Assembly: GCA_044892525.1 (NCBI GenBank)
Contig: CM097885.1
Span: 30,010,001-30,074,000, forward strand
Length of the DNA: 64,000 nt
Reading direction: 5' to 3'
DNA from: Schmidtea polychroa
Taxonomy: Eukaryota
This document shows positions 49,621-61,935 of the stretch, piece after piece; positions within the stretch are counted from its first letter, which is position 1; each line of letters starts with the position of its first letter. A program made the translations under genes and the position numbers. The notes under the pieces are model-generated. The model saw only the letters and a program-made list of their open reading frames with translations, was not told the origin of the DNA and ran no database searches.

Positions 49621-50663
49621 ACTATTTTATTACATAACAAGCCATGACTAGTTTATTGCATAACAAGCTGTGAACGGGATTTTACCAACATTTTACCTAG
49701 TATTGAATTTAATTTTTATTGTATTTTTAAATTGTATATATTTTCAATATCATTCTATTGTTTTATTCCAATAATAAGTTTAAAAAGTATATAATGATTA
49801 ATAAATTAATATCGTGTTAACATTTATTTGAGAATTTAAAAAACTTTACTTAAAATTTAGTGAAATATTTAATTTTGATTGTATTTTATAAGACATATAT
49901 TTGAGTATTAACTTATTTTGATTGAAGTATTATATTCAATATTATGATGATTTTTTTTTCTAAATTAAAATATTTTAGTGTAAAATAGTAAATTTAATAA
50001 TGAATAGAATACAATATTAAAGGACTTTTTAAAAAGAAAAATTACTTTCTATTACCTAATTCCATCATTAAGTTTAAGAAGTCTATAACTGTTAATAAAT
50101 CAATTTCTTATTCACATTTTCTTATAAAATTTATATTTTTAAATTTAGTGTAAAGAATTTAATTTTAATTGTATTTTATAAGTCATTTATTTGAATATTT
50201 ATCTTATTTTTATTGAAAGGAGTAATATAATTAATAATATGATAATTGTTTTTGAAATATTTAGTGTAGAATAATAAATTTATTAATAAATAATTATTAC
50301 AATATTAAAGGACTTATACAACAAAATTTTTGTCTTATTCCATAAAAAAGTTTTAAAGTATATAACTGGTAATAAATTAATTTCTTATTTAAATTTATTT
50401 AAAAAAGCTTTACTTATAAAATTTGTATTTTCTAAGATATATATTTGAATATTCAACTTATTTTGAATGAAAAGGGTAATATATATATATATTATTTTCT
50501 TTTATGATAATTGTTTTTGAAATACATAATGTAAATTAAAACATTTTAGTATTAATTAGTTATTATTTTAGAATTTATTTTTGTCAAAAATTTAAAAAAA
50601 ATAAGACCATTCACAGCTTGTTATGTAATAAACTAGTCACGGCTTGTTATGTAATAAACTAGT
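49621..50663. mobile_element. MITE-like unit at the palindrome axis with imperfect ~54-bp inverted ends and about three diverged ~280-bp internal repeats
   Basis: ACTA(T/G)TTTATTACATAACAAGCC(A/G)TG motif doubled at each end; internal repeats near 49860, 50145, 50420. Confidence 0.5.
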
Positions 50664-51205
50664 TTAAATTACATATCCTTCTCACTTATATTCCACCGAT
50701 TCTCAATACCCCACTAATTATTATAACTTATATTCCCCCGATTTCCACTATTTAATCATTTGTATTCCCTAGAATTTCCATTAATTATTCACTTATATTC
50801 CCCGATTCTCTATTTTCCATTAATTAATCACTAATATCCCCCCGATTTTGATTAATTATTCCCCACAAATATTTGTCTTAAAAGTTTTTTTTTTATTAAA
50901 TTTATGAATTTTATGAAATAATTTTAAATAAATTAATATACTTCCATTCTTATCAACCTTCATGTTATCCATGCCACTTCTCATTATTTACCTCCATTAA
51001 TGAATTATTCTACCAATTATTTTCACCCATTTGAATTTATCATCGAGTAATTTACTCACTTTAATGAAGATTCTTACCACCTTCATTGTTAATTTTATCA
51101 AAGTTTAAAGAATATTTCTCTTTACATTGCTTACCACTTTAGATTTTTTATCGAAATTTATGATAATTTGACTAATTCAATGAAAAATGAGTTAATTAAT
51201 ATATA

Positions 51206-54070
51206 CTCTGAGTTTATCCGACAAAATATTCTGTCCCCCTATGGGTATTGCTCACAAGGGTACTACTCACATTCAACATGTCGCAAGGGTATTAGTTGTA
51301 AAGGTATTTAATGTTTTTATTTGAATGATTATTTAGGCAAATTTGTATAAGGCATTCATTGATAATTTTTAGAGTTGATGGTTTTATTCAAGTAAATTTC
51401 TATCTTTTTTGTGAATTTCTATCATTTTTATGAATTTCTATCATTCTTGTGAATTTCTATTATTCTTGTGGATTTTTATCATTCTTGTGAATTTCTATCA
51501 TTCTTGTGAATTTTTATCGTTTTTTGTGAATTTCTATCATTCTTGTGAATTTTTATCGTTTTTTGTGAATTTCATGTTTATTGAATGAATATTTAAAGTT
51601 AGTTCTATGATAAATTTAATTAATTTCTTGATAATTAGTTGTATTTTATTGAATAGTTTTTAAATAAAAATTAATTTCATTGACAATTAGGTTAATAATT
51701 AAGTGATTTTTGATGATAACTTTGTAATGTATTTGACTAAATAATGTTTTCAATATTTTTCTAAGAATATTTACTCATTGATGAACTTTAAAAAACATAA
51801 GCTAAGAAACCAGTTAACTTACTTGAAAATGATTGTAGTTTGCTGTTATTGCTTGAAAATGATTGGTTGAATCGATGAAGAATTATGATCAATCAATATA
51901 TATCATCTCCAGTATTTGATGGTAAATATTTGTAGAAAATATTGATTTTTGATCTTTTAGTGAACTCTTACTACATAGCTACTAAATTATTTCAATGGAA
52001 GAATATTTGGTGTCTATAACAATTAAGTCATATTTTTGAAGTTCTTTAAAGATTTTAAGACTGAATTGAATTAAAGGAGGATTCAAGTGGGTAGAATTGA
52101 AGGATATATTCGGTTAGATGTTTAAAAGGGTAGAAATATTTGCTGAGAGATCGGATAAGATGGGATATTGTCGGTTATTAAATTTAATGAGGGATGGGTT
52201 AAGATGGGAATATATGATCTTTTAAGGGGATATAGTCGGTTAGATTTAATGTGAGATGGGTTAAGATGGGAATATATTATTGTGAGGGAGATATAGTCGG
52301 TTGCTTTTAATGAGGGAAGGGTTTCGATGGGAATATATGATTTTTTAAGGGTGATGTTGGTAAAATATCAATGTTTTTTAAGGAAATTGCAATACATTAG
52401 TCAGTTATGAATCAATAATAATTATATCGTTTTATTAGGTTGTGATTAATGCACAGTAAATTATTTTAGAACAATGTTTTATTAAGTAGGGATAATGATC
52501 GATTTACTTGGTTTTGACGATGAAAACTTTACAGATAATTGGGATTGATATCAGCTTTAAATTATTTTTATCTTTATTTAGACGGACAACGACAAAAGTT
52601 TAGAAATATTGATTTAAAACATCGACAACTAAATAAAATTGATCTTTATTGGAAGAAATCTTGATTTTAATTAGTAATTAAATCGGTTGAATATCGGTAA
52701 AATGATCATTTGAAGAAATATATTTTATTGAATGGATAAATTTAATCTTTTAATGGGACCTAGTCAGTTATATATATTTTAAATTTCGAGTACAGTGATT
52801 TACAAAAATTTACAGTGATTAACAAAAATTTTATTATAACCGGTTTTGTCATTAGATTTTATAAATTCTTTAGGGTTAATGATTTTACATGTTTTATAAG
52901 GAAATATTCGTGATAATAGGAATTAAAGCAATCTTATTAGTCAGAGGTAAATATATAACCTTTTAAGGATATTTATCGATAAAATACTAATCTTTAAAGA
53001 TATAGTTATTTCAGGGAAATTTGATGCTTTTTAGATGATTTTAGTGAAATATTTGTAATAATACGAATTAAGGGTAGAAATATAGTCATTTGAGGGATTT
53101 TAAGGAATCTTGTTAGTTCGAGGTGAATATATGATCTTTAACAAGTACTTATCGATAAGATACCAATCTTTAAATATTGATATATTTCAGGGAAATTTGA
53201 TGCTTTTTAGATGATTTTATTAGAGAATTCGCTTGAATATACCAATTATTTAAATGAATTTACTGGTTTGTTAGATGTTATCATTAGTTATCTAGTCTCT
53301 TTTGGAATTTAATGATAATTATTTTTATTGTAGATTGCTGACTTTGATAATTTTAATGAATTCATACTGATTTTTTGAATATATTGAGGAATTAGTAAAT
53401 AGATTTGAGTACATGTATTACTTTTAAAAAAATACTTAAAATAAATTTTATTTCAAATAATTTATTCAATCTAAATCAATTATCTACTAGATCTTATCTT
53501 ATTAATTTATTATCTTAGTTGATTCAACTTGAATGATCAGCATTTTTTTTATTTATTGGATGATTAGAATTTTTTCTTGTCCATTAATTAAATTTTTATG
53601 ATATTTATTTCGAATAATTTAAATTTTTTACAATAATTTAATCAATTTTTATCAAGTTATTGATGCCTTGAGTTCAATTAATTTTCCATCTAATTTTTCA
53701 AGTGATGAGTATTTGCTTTTAAAGATCAATTTGTTAGTACATAGTTGTTGGTTGTAAGTAGTTGGTTGTTAGTACTTGGTACTTGGTAGCAGGTATCTGG
53801 TTGTATGTATCTAGTTGTAGGTTGATATTTGTTAATTTCTCGATGGGTTTTGATGGTGGTTGTTAGTACATGGTATCTAGTTGTTAGCTGATTGATAGTA
53901 ACTACTTAATGGGTAGGTGGGGATTGAGAGTGATCAATACCCCTACGACTAGTACCTTTACGACCAGTACCCTTACGACCTGTACCCTTACGACCAGTAC
54001 CCTTACGACCAGTACCCTTACGACCTGTACCCTTAGGGGGTTCAAAACATCCTGTCGGATAAACTCAGAG
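51206..54070. mobile_element. Non-autonomous TA-flanked TIR element, 2865 bp, right-arm mirror copy
   Basis: Same length as 46214-49078 and its near-identical reverse complement. Confidence 0.75.
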
Positions 54071-54475
54071 TATATATAATAAAACTGATCAACAATAAGT
54101 ATTTATTGAATGCGATTTTTACATTGCGATAATAAGTTATCAATTAAAAGAAGAATGTTTTGTAAATTAGAATTCATTAGTCTTTCATTTAAATTATTTT
54201 GAATTTCACGTGGTGATGAGTTGTGGTTTTTTTGATGAAAATCAACATTTTTTGTTAAATTTGAAAAGGTTTTTCTACTGATTGTAATTAAAATTATTAA
54301 TTTTAAAAAGCATTTCATAAAATACAATAAAAAATATTTAGTTGATTGTAAGTAGTTAGTTGTAAGTATCTGGTTGTTTGAGAGTTAGTACGTGGTATCA
54401 CGTTGAAAGTATTTGGTACTTATTTGTCAGCACCTAGTTAAAAATACATGATCGTTGTTGGAATCTGATTGTTGA

Positions 54476-54535
<60 letters not shown>

Positions 54536-57500
54536 ATTATTATTATTATAATTATTATTATTATTATTCCATTAAAATTTCCATTAAAATTTTCATTATA
54601 AATTACATTTCTCAAAAAAGTTGGTGGTTATTCAATCTTTTGATAATAAATTTAAAAATCTTACTTTAGCTTTAATTTAAAATTTGAACCATTGGATACT
54701 TAATTTTAAATTTTGAACCATTGTTTTCTTTAATTTAAAATTTTTAACTTTAATTTACTTATCCTTAATTTACCTAATTACTCTTTATTTCTTAATTTTA
54801 CACCATAATTTACTTAACAACTAATTATAACCCTTATTTTCATATTTAACCAATAATTTCATGTGGTCATCTGGTTGTAAGTGTTTGGTATCTAGTTGAC
54901 AGTGCTTTGTACTTGTTATCTAGTTGTTAGTACTTGGTTGATAATGCTTAGTTATTGGTTGTATGTACTTGGTATCTAGTTGTTAGTAACTAGTTGTAGG
55001 TAATTAATGCTTAGTACCTGGTATCTAGTTGTTAGCTGGTTGTTAGTACTTAGTTGTTGGTTGTAAGTAGTAGGTATCTGGTAGTTAGTTGTTAGCTGGT
55101 TGTTGGTTGTTAGTACTTGGTAGCTAGTTGTTAGCTGGTAGTTAGTACTTAGTATCTAGTACCTAGTTGGTTGGTTGTTGGTACTTGGTATCTGGTTGAT
55201 AGTTGGTTGTTAGTACTTGGTAGGTGGTTGGTTGTAGGTACTTAGTAGTTGGTTAATAATGCTTAGTACCTGGTTATTGTTGGTTGTGAGTACTTGGTAT
55301 CTAGTTGTTAGTTTTTTGCTGGTTGTTGGTACTTAGTAGGTGGTTGTAGGTACTTAGTATCAGGTAACTGGTTGTTAGCTGGTTGTAACTAGTTAATAGG
55401 TAGGTGGTTGTTGGTAATTAATGCTTAGTACCTGGTTGATGTTGGTTGTTAGTACTTGGTAGGTGGTTGGTTGTTAGTACTTAGTAGTTGGTTAATAATG
55501 CTTAGTACCTGGTTGTTGTTGGTTGTGAGTACTTGGTATCTAGTTGTTAGTTTTTAGCTGGTTGTTGGTACTTAGTAGGTGGTTGTAGGTACTTAGTATC
55601 AGGTAACTGGTTGTTAGCTGGTTGTAACTAGTTAATAGGTAGGTGGTTGTAAGTACTTGGTAGGTTGTAAGTAGTTGGTTGATTTTTTAGATTTTGATAA
55701 GAAGATATTGTATTTGATGAAGAATATTTTGTATTTAATTGCAATTATTTTTATGTGTTGTTAGTTGATTGTTGGTACTTGGTATCTGGTTGATAGTTGG
55801 TTGTTAGTACTTGGTAGGTGGTTGGTTGTTAGTACTTAGTAGTTGGTTAATAATGCTTAGTACCTAGTTGTTGTTGGTTGTTAGTACTTAGTATCTAGTT
55901 GTTAGTATCTAGTTGTAGGTATCTGGTTGTAACTACATGTTCGTAAGTTACTGGTTGTTGGTACTAAGTTGTTAGTTTGTTGTTGAATTATTAATAAAAT
56001 TTGTCTTTGAAAAATATTTCATTAAAATTTTCATTAAAAATTATCTTAAAAATTTCCATCTAAAATTATCATTGAAAAATATTTCATAAAAATTTCCATT
56101 AAAAATTACTTAAAAAAATATTCCATAAAAATTTCCATTAAAAATTACCATTGAAAATTTTCATTAAAAAAATTTCAATTCTCAAACACCTTCTATTATT
56201 TCAACTTTTTGTTAATAAATTTAAAAATCTTACTTTAATTTACATATTACATTACTTATTTAAATATTATTACTTTAATTTAATTTTTTTACCATTGATT
56301 ACTTAATTTTTAAATTTGGACCATAATTTACTTTAATTTAATTTTTTAGAACCATAATTTACTGTAATTTAATTTTTTTAGAACCATAATTTACTTTAAT
56401 TTAATTTTTAGAACCATAATTTACTTTAATTTAATTTTTTAGAACCATTATTTACTGTAATTTGAAAAATTTGAGCCATTATTTACTTTAATTGAAAAAT
56501 CTGAGCATATTAATTACTTTAATTCGAAAATATGAACCTTAATTTAATTTTTTAGGACCATAATTAACTTTAATTTAATTTTTTAGGACCATTATTTACT
56601 TTAATTTAAAATTTTGAACCTTAATTTAGTTATTTGAGCCCATTCATTACTTTAATTGAAAAATCTAAGCCCATAATTTACTTTAATTCAAAAATTTGGA
56701 CCATAATTTACTGTAATTTAAAAATCTTAGTCCATAATTTACTGTAATTCAATTTTTTTTAGACCATAATTTACTGTAATATAATTTTTTAGAACCATAA
56801 TTTACTGTAATTTAATTTTTTAGGACCATAATTACCTTATTTGAAAAATTTGAACCATAATTTACTTTAATTGAAAAATTTGGACCATAATTTACTGTAA
56901 TTTAAAAATCTTAGTCCATAATTTACTGTAATTCAATTTTTAGAACCATAATTTACTTTAATTTTAAAAAATTTACCACGTTTTTTAGTGTAGACCACAT
57001 ATTTCTCAGGACCAAGGAGACCCACCTTAATTTAATTCGAAAAATCCATGCTTTTTTATTGATAGTCGGATTTTTGTATTGAAAATATCCTGAGACCTTA
57101 AATTACCATGCTTTTTTAGTGAGACCGCCTTTTTGTATTGAAAATATCATGAGACCTTAAATTACCATGCTTTTTTATTGATAGTCGGATTTTTGTATTG
57201 AAAATATCATGAGACCTTAAATTACCATGCTTTTTTATTGAAGACCAGCTTTTGTATTGAAAATATCCTAAGACCTTAAATTACCATGCTTTTTTAGTGA
57301 AGACCAGTTTTTGTATTGAAAATATCCTGAGACCTTAAATTACCATGCTTTTTTATTGATAGTCGGATTTTTGTATTGAAAATATCATGAGACCTTAAAT
57401 TACCATGCTTTTTTAGTGTAGACCAGCTTTTTGTATTGAAAATATCCTGAGACCTTAAATTACCACGTTTTTTTAGTGTAGACCACCTATTTCTCAGGAC

Positions 57501-58185
57501 CAAGGAGACTCACCTCACTATAGTCTGAAAAATCCTTGGCTTTTTTAGTGGTAGTCGGATTTTTGTATTGAAAATATCCTGAGACCTTAAATTACCACGT
57601 TTTTTTTTAGTGTAGACCACCTATTTCTCAGGACCAAGGAGACTCACCTCACTATAGTCTGAAAAATCCTTGGCTCTTTTAGTGATAGTAGGATTTTTGT
57701 ATAGAAAAAAATTTTTCGTATTGAAAATCCCAGGACCATCGAGACCCCCTCACTATAGTGTGAATAATCCTTGGCTTTTTTAGTGGTAGTCGGATTTTTG
57801 TATAGAAAAAAATTTTTTGTATTGAAAATCCCAGGACCATCGAGACCTCCTCACTATAGTGTGAATAATCCTTGGCTTTTTTAGTGGTAGTCGGATTTTT
57901 GTATAGAAAAAATTTTATTTGTATTGAAAATCCCAGGACCATCGAGACCCCCTCACTATAGTGTGAATAATCCTTGACTTTTTTATTGATAGTAGGATTT
58001 TTGTATAGAAATTCCCAGGACCATCAAGACCCTCTCACTATAGTGTGATAAAAAAAAATTTGGACCAAAAATCCCTGAAAGCAAAAAAATGAGTTGGGAA
58101 CAATTGCGTAATAAAAATTTGGGAACAAACCCCCCCCCCCGGGGGGGGGGGGGTAATTGTTCCCGTAGGCCACTATCTACCTACT

Positions 58186-59088
58186 TATGGTGAATTAACA
58201 GGTTGGATTCCTGATGTTAATAAAGGGGATTTAGATAAAGATGGTTTAGATATAAATTATGGTTACCATAAAAGAGCTGAACTTTATAAATCTAAAAGAT
58301 TTGAAGGTTATTTTGAATTAAAACACTTATTTGGATTCCTTCAAAATTATAACCGTGTACTTCATAATGTTTTTATAGAATTCATCTGTAATAGACTAGA
58401 AGGTGATAAAAGATTGTTCTATGGAGCTGCAGATACAAAAGCTAAATTAAAATTATCAACACTTGAATTGCATATACCTGAATGGACATTAAACCCACAT
58501 TCTGAAATCAAACTCCTTGAAAGATTAAATTCCAACAAGTCTATAAATGTAAATTATTTAAATAGAATCTGTAGTGAATTTAGTATGACAGAGGGTTCAA
58601 CATATTCTATAAAGGTAACAAATTTAGCATACCGACCAAGATATATCTTGATTGGATTCAAAGACACAGATTCATCTTTCCAAAAAAATAACAACCTATT
58701 TATTCAAAAGATTGAAAATGATAATTTAAAAACAATCCAAATTCAATTAAATAGTTCTTATTATCCAATAAATAGAATGGAATTTAATATTGAAAATAAT
58801 GAAAACATATTCCCATATCTAAATTATATTGAAACATGTTATGATTTCAAAGTTGAACCGCAATTAAGTTTAGAAGATTTCAAAATTTTATATTCTATAT
58901 TTTGTATAAATGTTTCAGACCAAGATGATCGCCTAGCCATAAATAATGTTGATGTTACACTTCATGTAACAAAGGATTCTAATTTTAAAGCTAAAGTATA
59001 TACATTAATATTAGAAGAAAAGAAAATAGAAATGAAATTATATGGCGGAAAGATTTCAATTATTGAAAATGTTAGGGGAGATTCTTGA
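58186..59088 (+). pseudogene. Major capsid protein, copy 2, 5'-truncated by the foldback element
   Basis: Resumes immediately after CTACT with YGELTGWIPD (YGESTGWIPD, about residue 129 of copy 1); open to the stop at 59088. Confidence 0.9.
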
Positions 59089-59117
59089 TATAATCCCTGA
59101 TATTTTAACATTTTAAA

Positions 59118-60524
59118 ATGTCTTTAAATAAACCCTATTGGAGATGCGAAACTTGTAATTGTCAAGTTACAAAACACCATAAAGCAAGTCATCTTAAAAC
59201 TAAAAAACATACGAGAGTTGATATTACAGGAGGTGATCTACAATCTTCAAAAACAACATCTTCAATATTAAAACCTTTTACTACAGAAAAATATCTAGGT
59301 GACAGACATTTATTTAAACACAATTATACTGGGCCAGGAACAAGATTAGATATTAGATTAGATGAAAATAATAATCCTAAACAAGGAGAAGAACCAATAA
59401 ATAGAATCGACCAAGCAGCTTTAAAACATGATATTGCTTACAATTCAACAAATCTTAGAGATAGACATGTTGCAGATGTGAATTTAATACATGATTTAAA
59501 TAATATACAAAATCCATCAACCCAAGAAAAGATTCAAAGAGCTCTAGTTAAATTAGCAATGAAAGGTAAGATTTTCATAGGCTTAGGACACAGTCCGATC
59601 ACCATGGGTGCCAGACTTCCTAGGAAAGCAAAAGATGTTGCTAATAAAAAGATTATCGAACAAGCAGAGATTGAAAGATCCCTCGAGAGTACAGCTAAGA
59701 CTAGTTTACAAACCCCAACAGAATCAGAAATAAAATATGCCAACGAATTACACCATGAATTTAGAAAAAATAAAAAATATTTAAAAGTTCAAGTACATGA
59801 AAAAGATCAAACATGGTCTGCTGACTTAGTCTTTATGCCAACCAAATCATCAGACCCTGAAAAATATAAAATAATTTTAACTATTATAGATTTATATACA
59901 AGATTTGCTTTTGCAAGATGTTTAGAAAATAAAACAGGATATTCTATTACAGAAGCATTTGAAAATATATTTGAACAACATCAAAGAATTCCAAAATATT
60001 TATGGTGTGATAAAGGAACAGAATTTTATAACAAAGTTTTTACAAAGTTTTTAAATGAAAATGATATTAAATTATATTCAACAGAAAACGAAGGAAAAGC
60101 AGTCGTAGTTGAAAGATTAAATAGAACATTAAAAAATAAAATGTGGAAATATTTTACTGCTATTGGAAAACAAAAATGGAACAATGAATTGTTACAAATG
60201 ATTGTAAATGAATATAATAATGATGTACATAGTTCTATAAAATTAACACCTTTAAATGCTTCCATGAAGCCTGAAACCATTAAAGTGGTAAATATTGAAA
60301 ATGATGTTATTGAAAAACCAAAGTTTAAAATTGGTGACCGAGTAAGAATATTTAAATATAAAAATAAATTTGAAAAAGGATTCACAGCAAAATGGACAAA
60401 TGAAATTTTTATTATAAATAAAATACATTATACAACTCCAATAACATATAGCATCATTGATTTAAATAATGAAAAAATATTAGGTAGATTTTATAATAAT
60501 GAACTACAGAAAACAGATTTTTAA
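59118..60524 (+). CDS. Zn-finger-PLA2-integrase fusion protein, copy 2, intact 468 aa
   Basis: CETC...H...H; ITGG; HNYTGPGT...KHDIAY...ADVNL; WSADL / CDKGTEF / VVERLNRTLK; KFKIGDRVRI; no chromodomain. Confidence 0.92.
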   Translation: MSLNKPYWRCETCNCQVTKHHKASHLKTKKHTRVDITGGDLQSSKTTSSILKPFTTEKYLGDRHLFKHNYTGPGTRLDIRLDENNNPKQGEEPINRIDQAALKHDIAYNSTNLRDRHVADVNLIHDLNNIQNPSTQEKIQRALVKLAMKGKIFIGLGHSPITMGARLPRKAKDVANKKIIEQAEIERSLESTAKTSLQTPTESEIKYANELHHEFRKNKKYLKVQVHEKDQTWSADLVFMPTKSSDPEKYKIILTIIDLYTRFAFARCLENKTGYSITEAFENIFEQHQRIPKYLWCDKGTEFYNKVFTKFLNENDIKLYSTENEGKAVVVERLNRTLKNKMWKYFTAIGKQKWNNELLQMIVNEYNNDVHSSIKLTPLNASMKPETIKVVNIENDVIEKPKFKIGDRVRIFKYKNKFEKGFTAKWTNEIFIINKIHYTTPITYSIIDLNNEKILGRFYNNELQKTDF

Positions 60525-60535
60525 GTCGACAAGCC

Positions 60536-61329
60536 CTAAAACAAACTTTTCCATATTTCAGCTTCTTCTCTATCCAAATAAATATAATTATATTTTTCTT
60601 TCCAATGATTATCAACAAACATATCAAACATATTCTTATCAGGTTCAACATTTGAAAATAAATCATTATAAATCATATTCTTATCACGGCGATCTAATTT
60701 AAAAAATATAAAACAATTGGAATTATTTCTTATTGAATTTTTATCTAAAGCATAATAAGTTTGAGATATATAAATAACATTACAATTATTATGTCTTCCT
60801 CTTGTAAAGTAACTCTTTTGAATCTCTTGATTTTTCATGTTGACAACATCATCAAATATAACTAGATTCTTTTTATCTTTAGGAAGTAAATCACAATGTA
60901 AAACATCTTCAGGTTTATTAGAGAATAAAACTTGAATTGCCTCCTGCCCCCTTCTTCACAAATATAATCATTTTTATTACTAATATCTGATTCTAAAATA
61001 TTTTCCTTATACCAATCAACCATATCACAAGGTTGAAAAACTTCTTCAGGACATCTATGTTGATTTTTAAAAATATCAATTATTGCTTTTTTAGTTAATT
61101 TATTTTCAAATCCACATTTCAAAAGTTGTAATTCTGGTTGATTTATGGTTGTAGAATAAAAGATTAAATTATTATAATCTAAAAAATCATCTTCAAGTAA
61201 CATTCTCAAAACAAGTACATTCTTTCCACATCCAGAAGAACCAACAATTAATAATCTAAAATTATCAGGAAATACTTTATTATTAAATTTACTCTTATAT
61301 CTATTTAAAATTGGTTTCCAAATATCCAT
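60536..61329 (-). pseudogene. Packaging ATPase, copy 2, frameshift near 60945
   Basis: Two ORF pieces matching 35259-36050. Confidence 0.9.
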
Positions 61330-61344
61330 TTTGTTTATTATAAA

Positions 61345-61913
61345 ATGACAACTGAAGAATCTTTGCAAGAATTAATAAATTCAAATAAAAATAAATCAGT
61401 AGTAATTGATGGTAAAAAATATTTTATTGGAAAACATGTAAAAGAACAAGTTAAAGAACGTATTAGAGAAGGTGGCATTCTTCCATTAGCTGCTTTAATA
61501 CCTGCAATCATTGCTGCTTTATCAGGTGCTGCTGGAATAGCTGGAGGAATTGCAACTACAGTTCAAAAAGCTAAAGAATCTCAAAAGACAGACCTTGAAA
61601 AAGAAAAACTACAAACTGAAATCGATTCAATGAAGAAGGTAGGGCAAGCTAAATGGGAAGTGTCCGTTGGAAAGGGTCTCTATCTTAATCCATATGAGGG
61701 AGTCGGCAAAAGTCTCAGGGCAAAGGTCTCTATCTTGATCCTTATAAAGGTAGAGGTTTAAATGATTTTTTAAAAAATCGAATTTCTACATCTGAATCTT
61801 TATCTTCAAAAGATAAAGAAGATTTAAAAAAAATATGTAAATCTTTAAAGAATGGATGCCTTTGTAAAACTAAAAATGGTAAAGGATTATACTTGAAGCC
61901 CTTCGAACTATGA
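61345..61913 (+). pseudogene. pX-like protein, copy 2, frameshift near 61720
   Basis: REGGILPLAALIPAIIAAL; three GKGLYLxP motifs, ending GKGLYLKPFEL-stop. Confidence 0.7.
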
Positions 61914-61935
61914 TACCATTTTTGATACCATTAAA

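Larger units (their letters stand above)
42336..58185. mobile_element. Giant non-coding foldback element, 15850 bp: arms 42336-49674 and 50610-58185, spacer ~935 bp
   Basis: AGTAGGTAGATAGTGGCCTACGGG at 42336 is the exact reverse complement of the sequence ending at 58185; arms are co-linear reverse complements throughout; no credible ORF. Confidence 0.95.

Noticed and set aside
49617..50667. TTAA target-site duplication around the central unit
   Set aside because: TTAA on both sides follows automatically from the arm symmetry, so it is not independent evidence
56975..58050. CRISPR-like look of regularly spaced repeats (also 42470-42995)
   Set aside because: Intervening sequences are themselves repeated, there are no unique spacers or cas genes, and the context is eukaryotic
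42336..58185. Pure sequencing or assembly foldback artefact
   Set aside because: Arms differ in satellite copy number, indels and SNPs, there is a distinct spacer, and symmetry stops sharply at defined termini; still needs read-level confirmation
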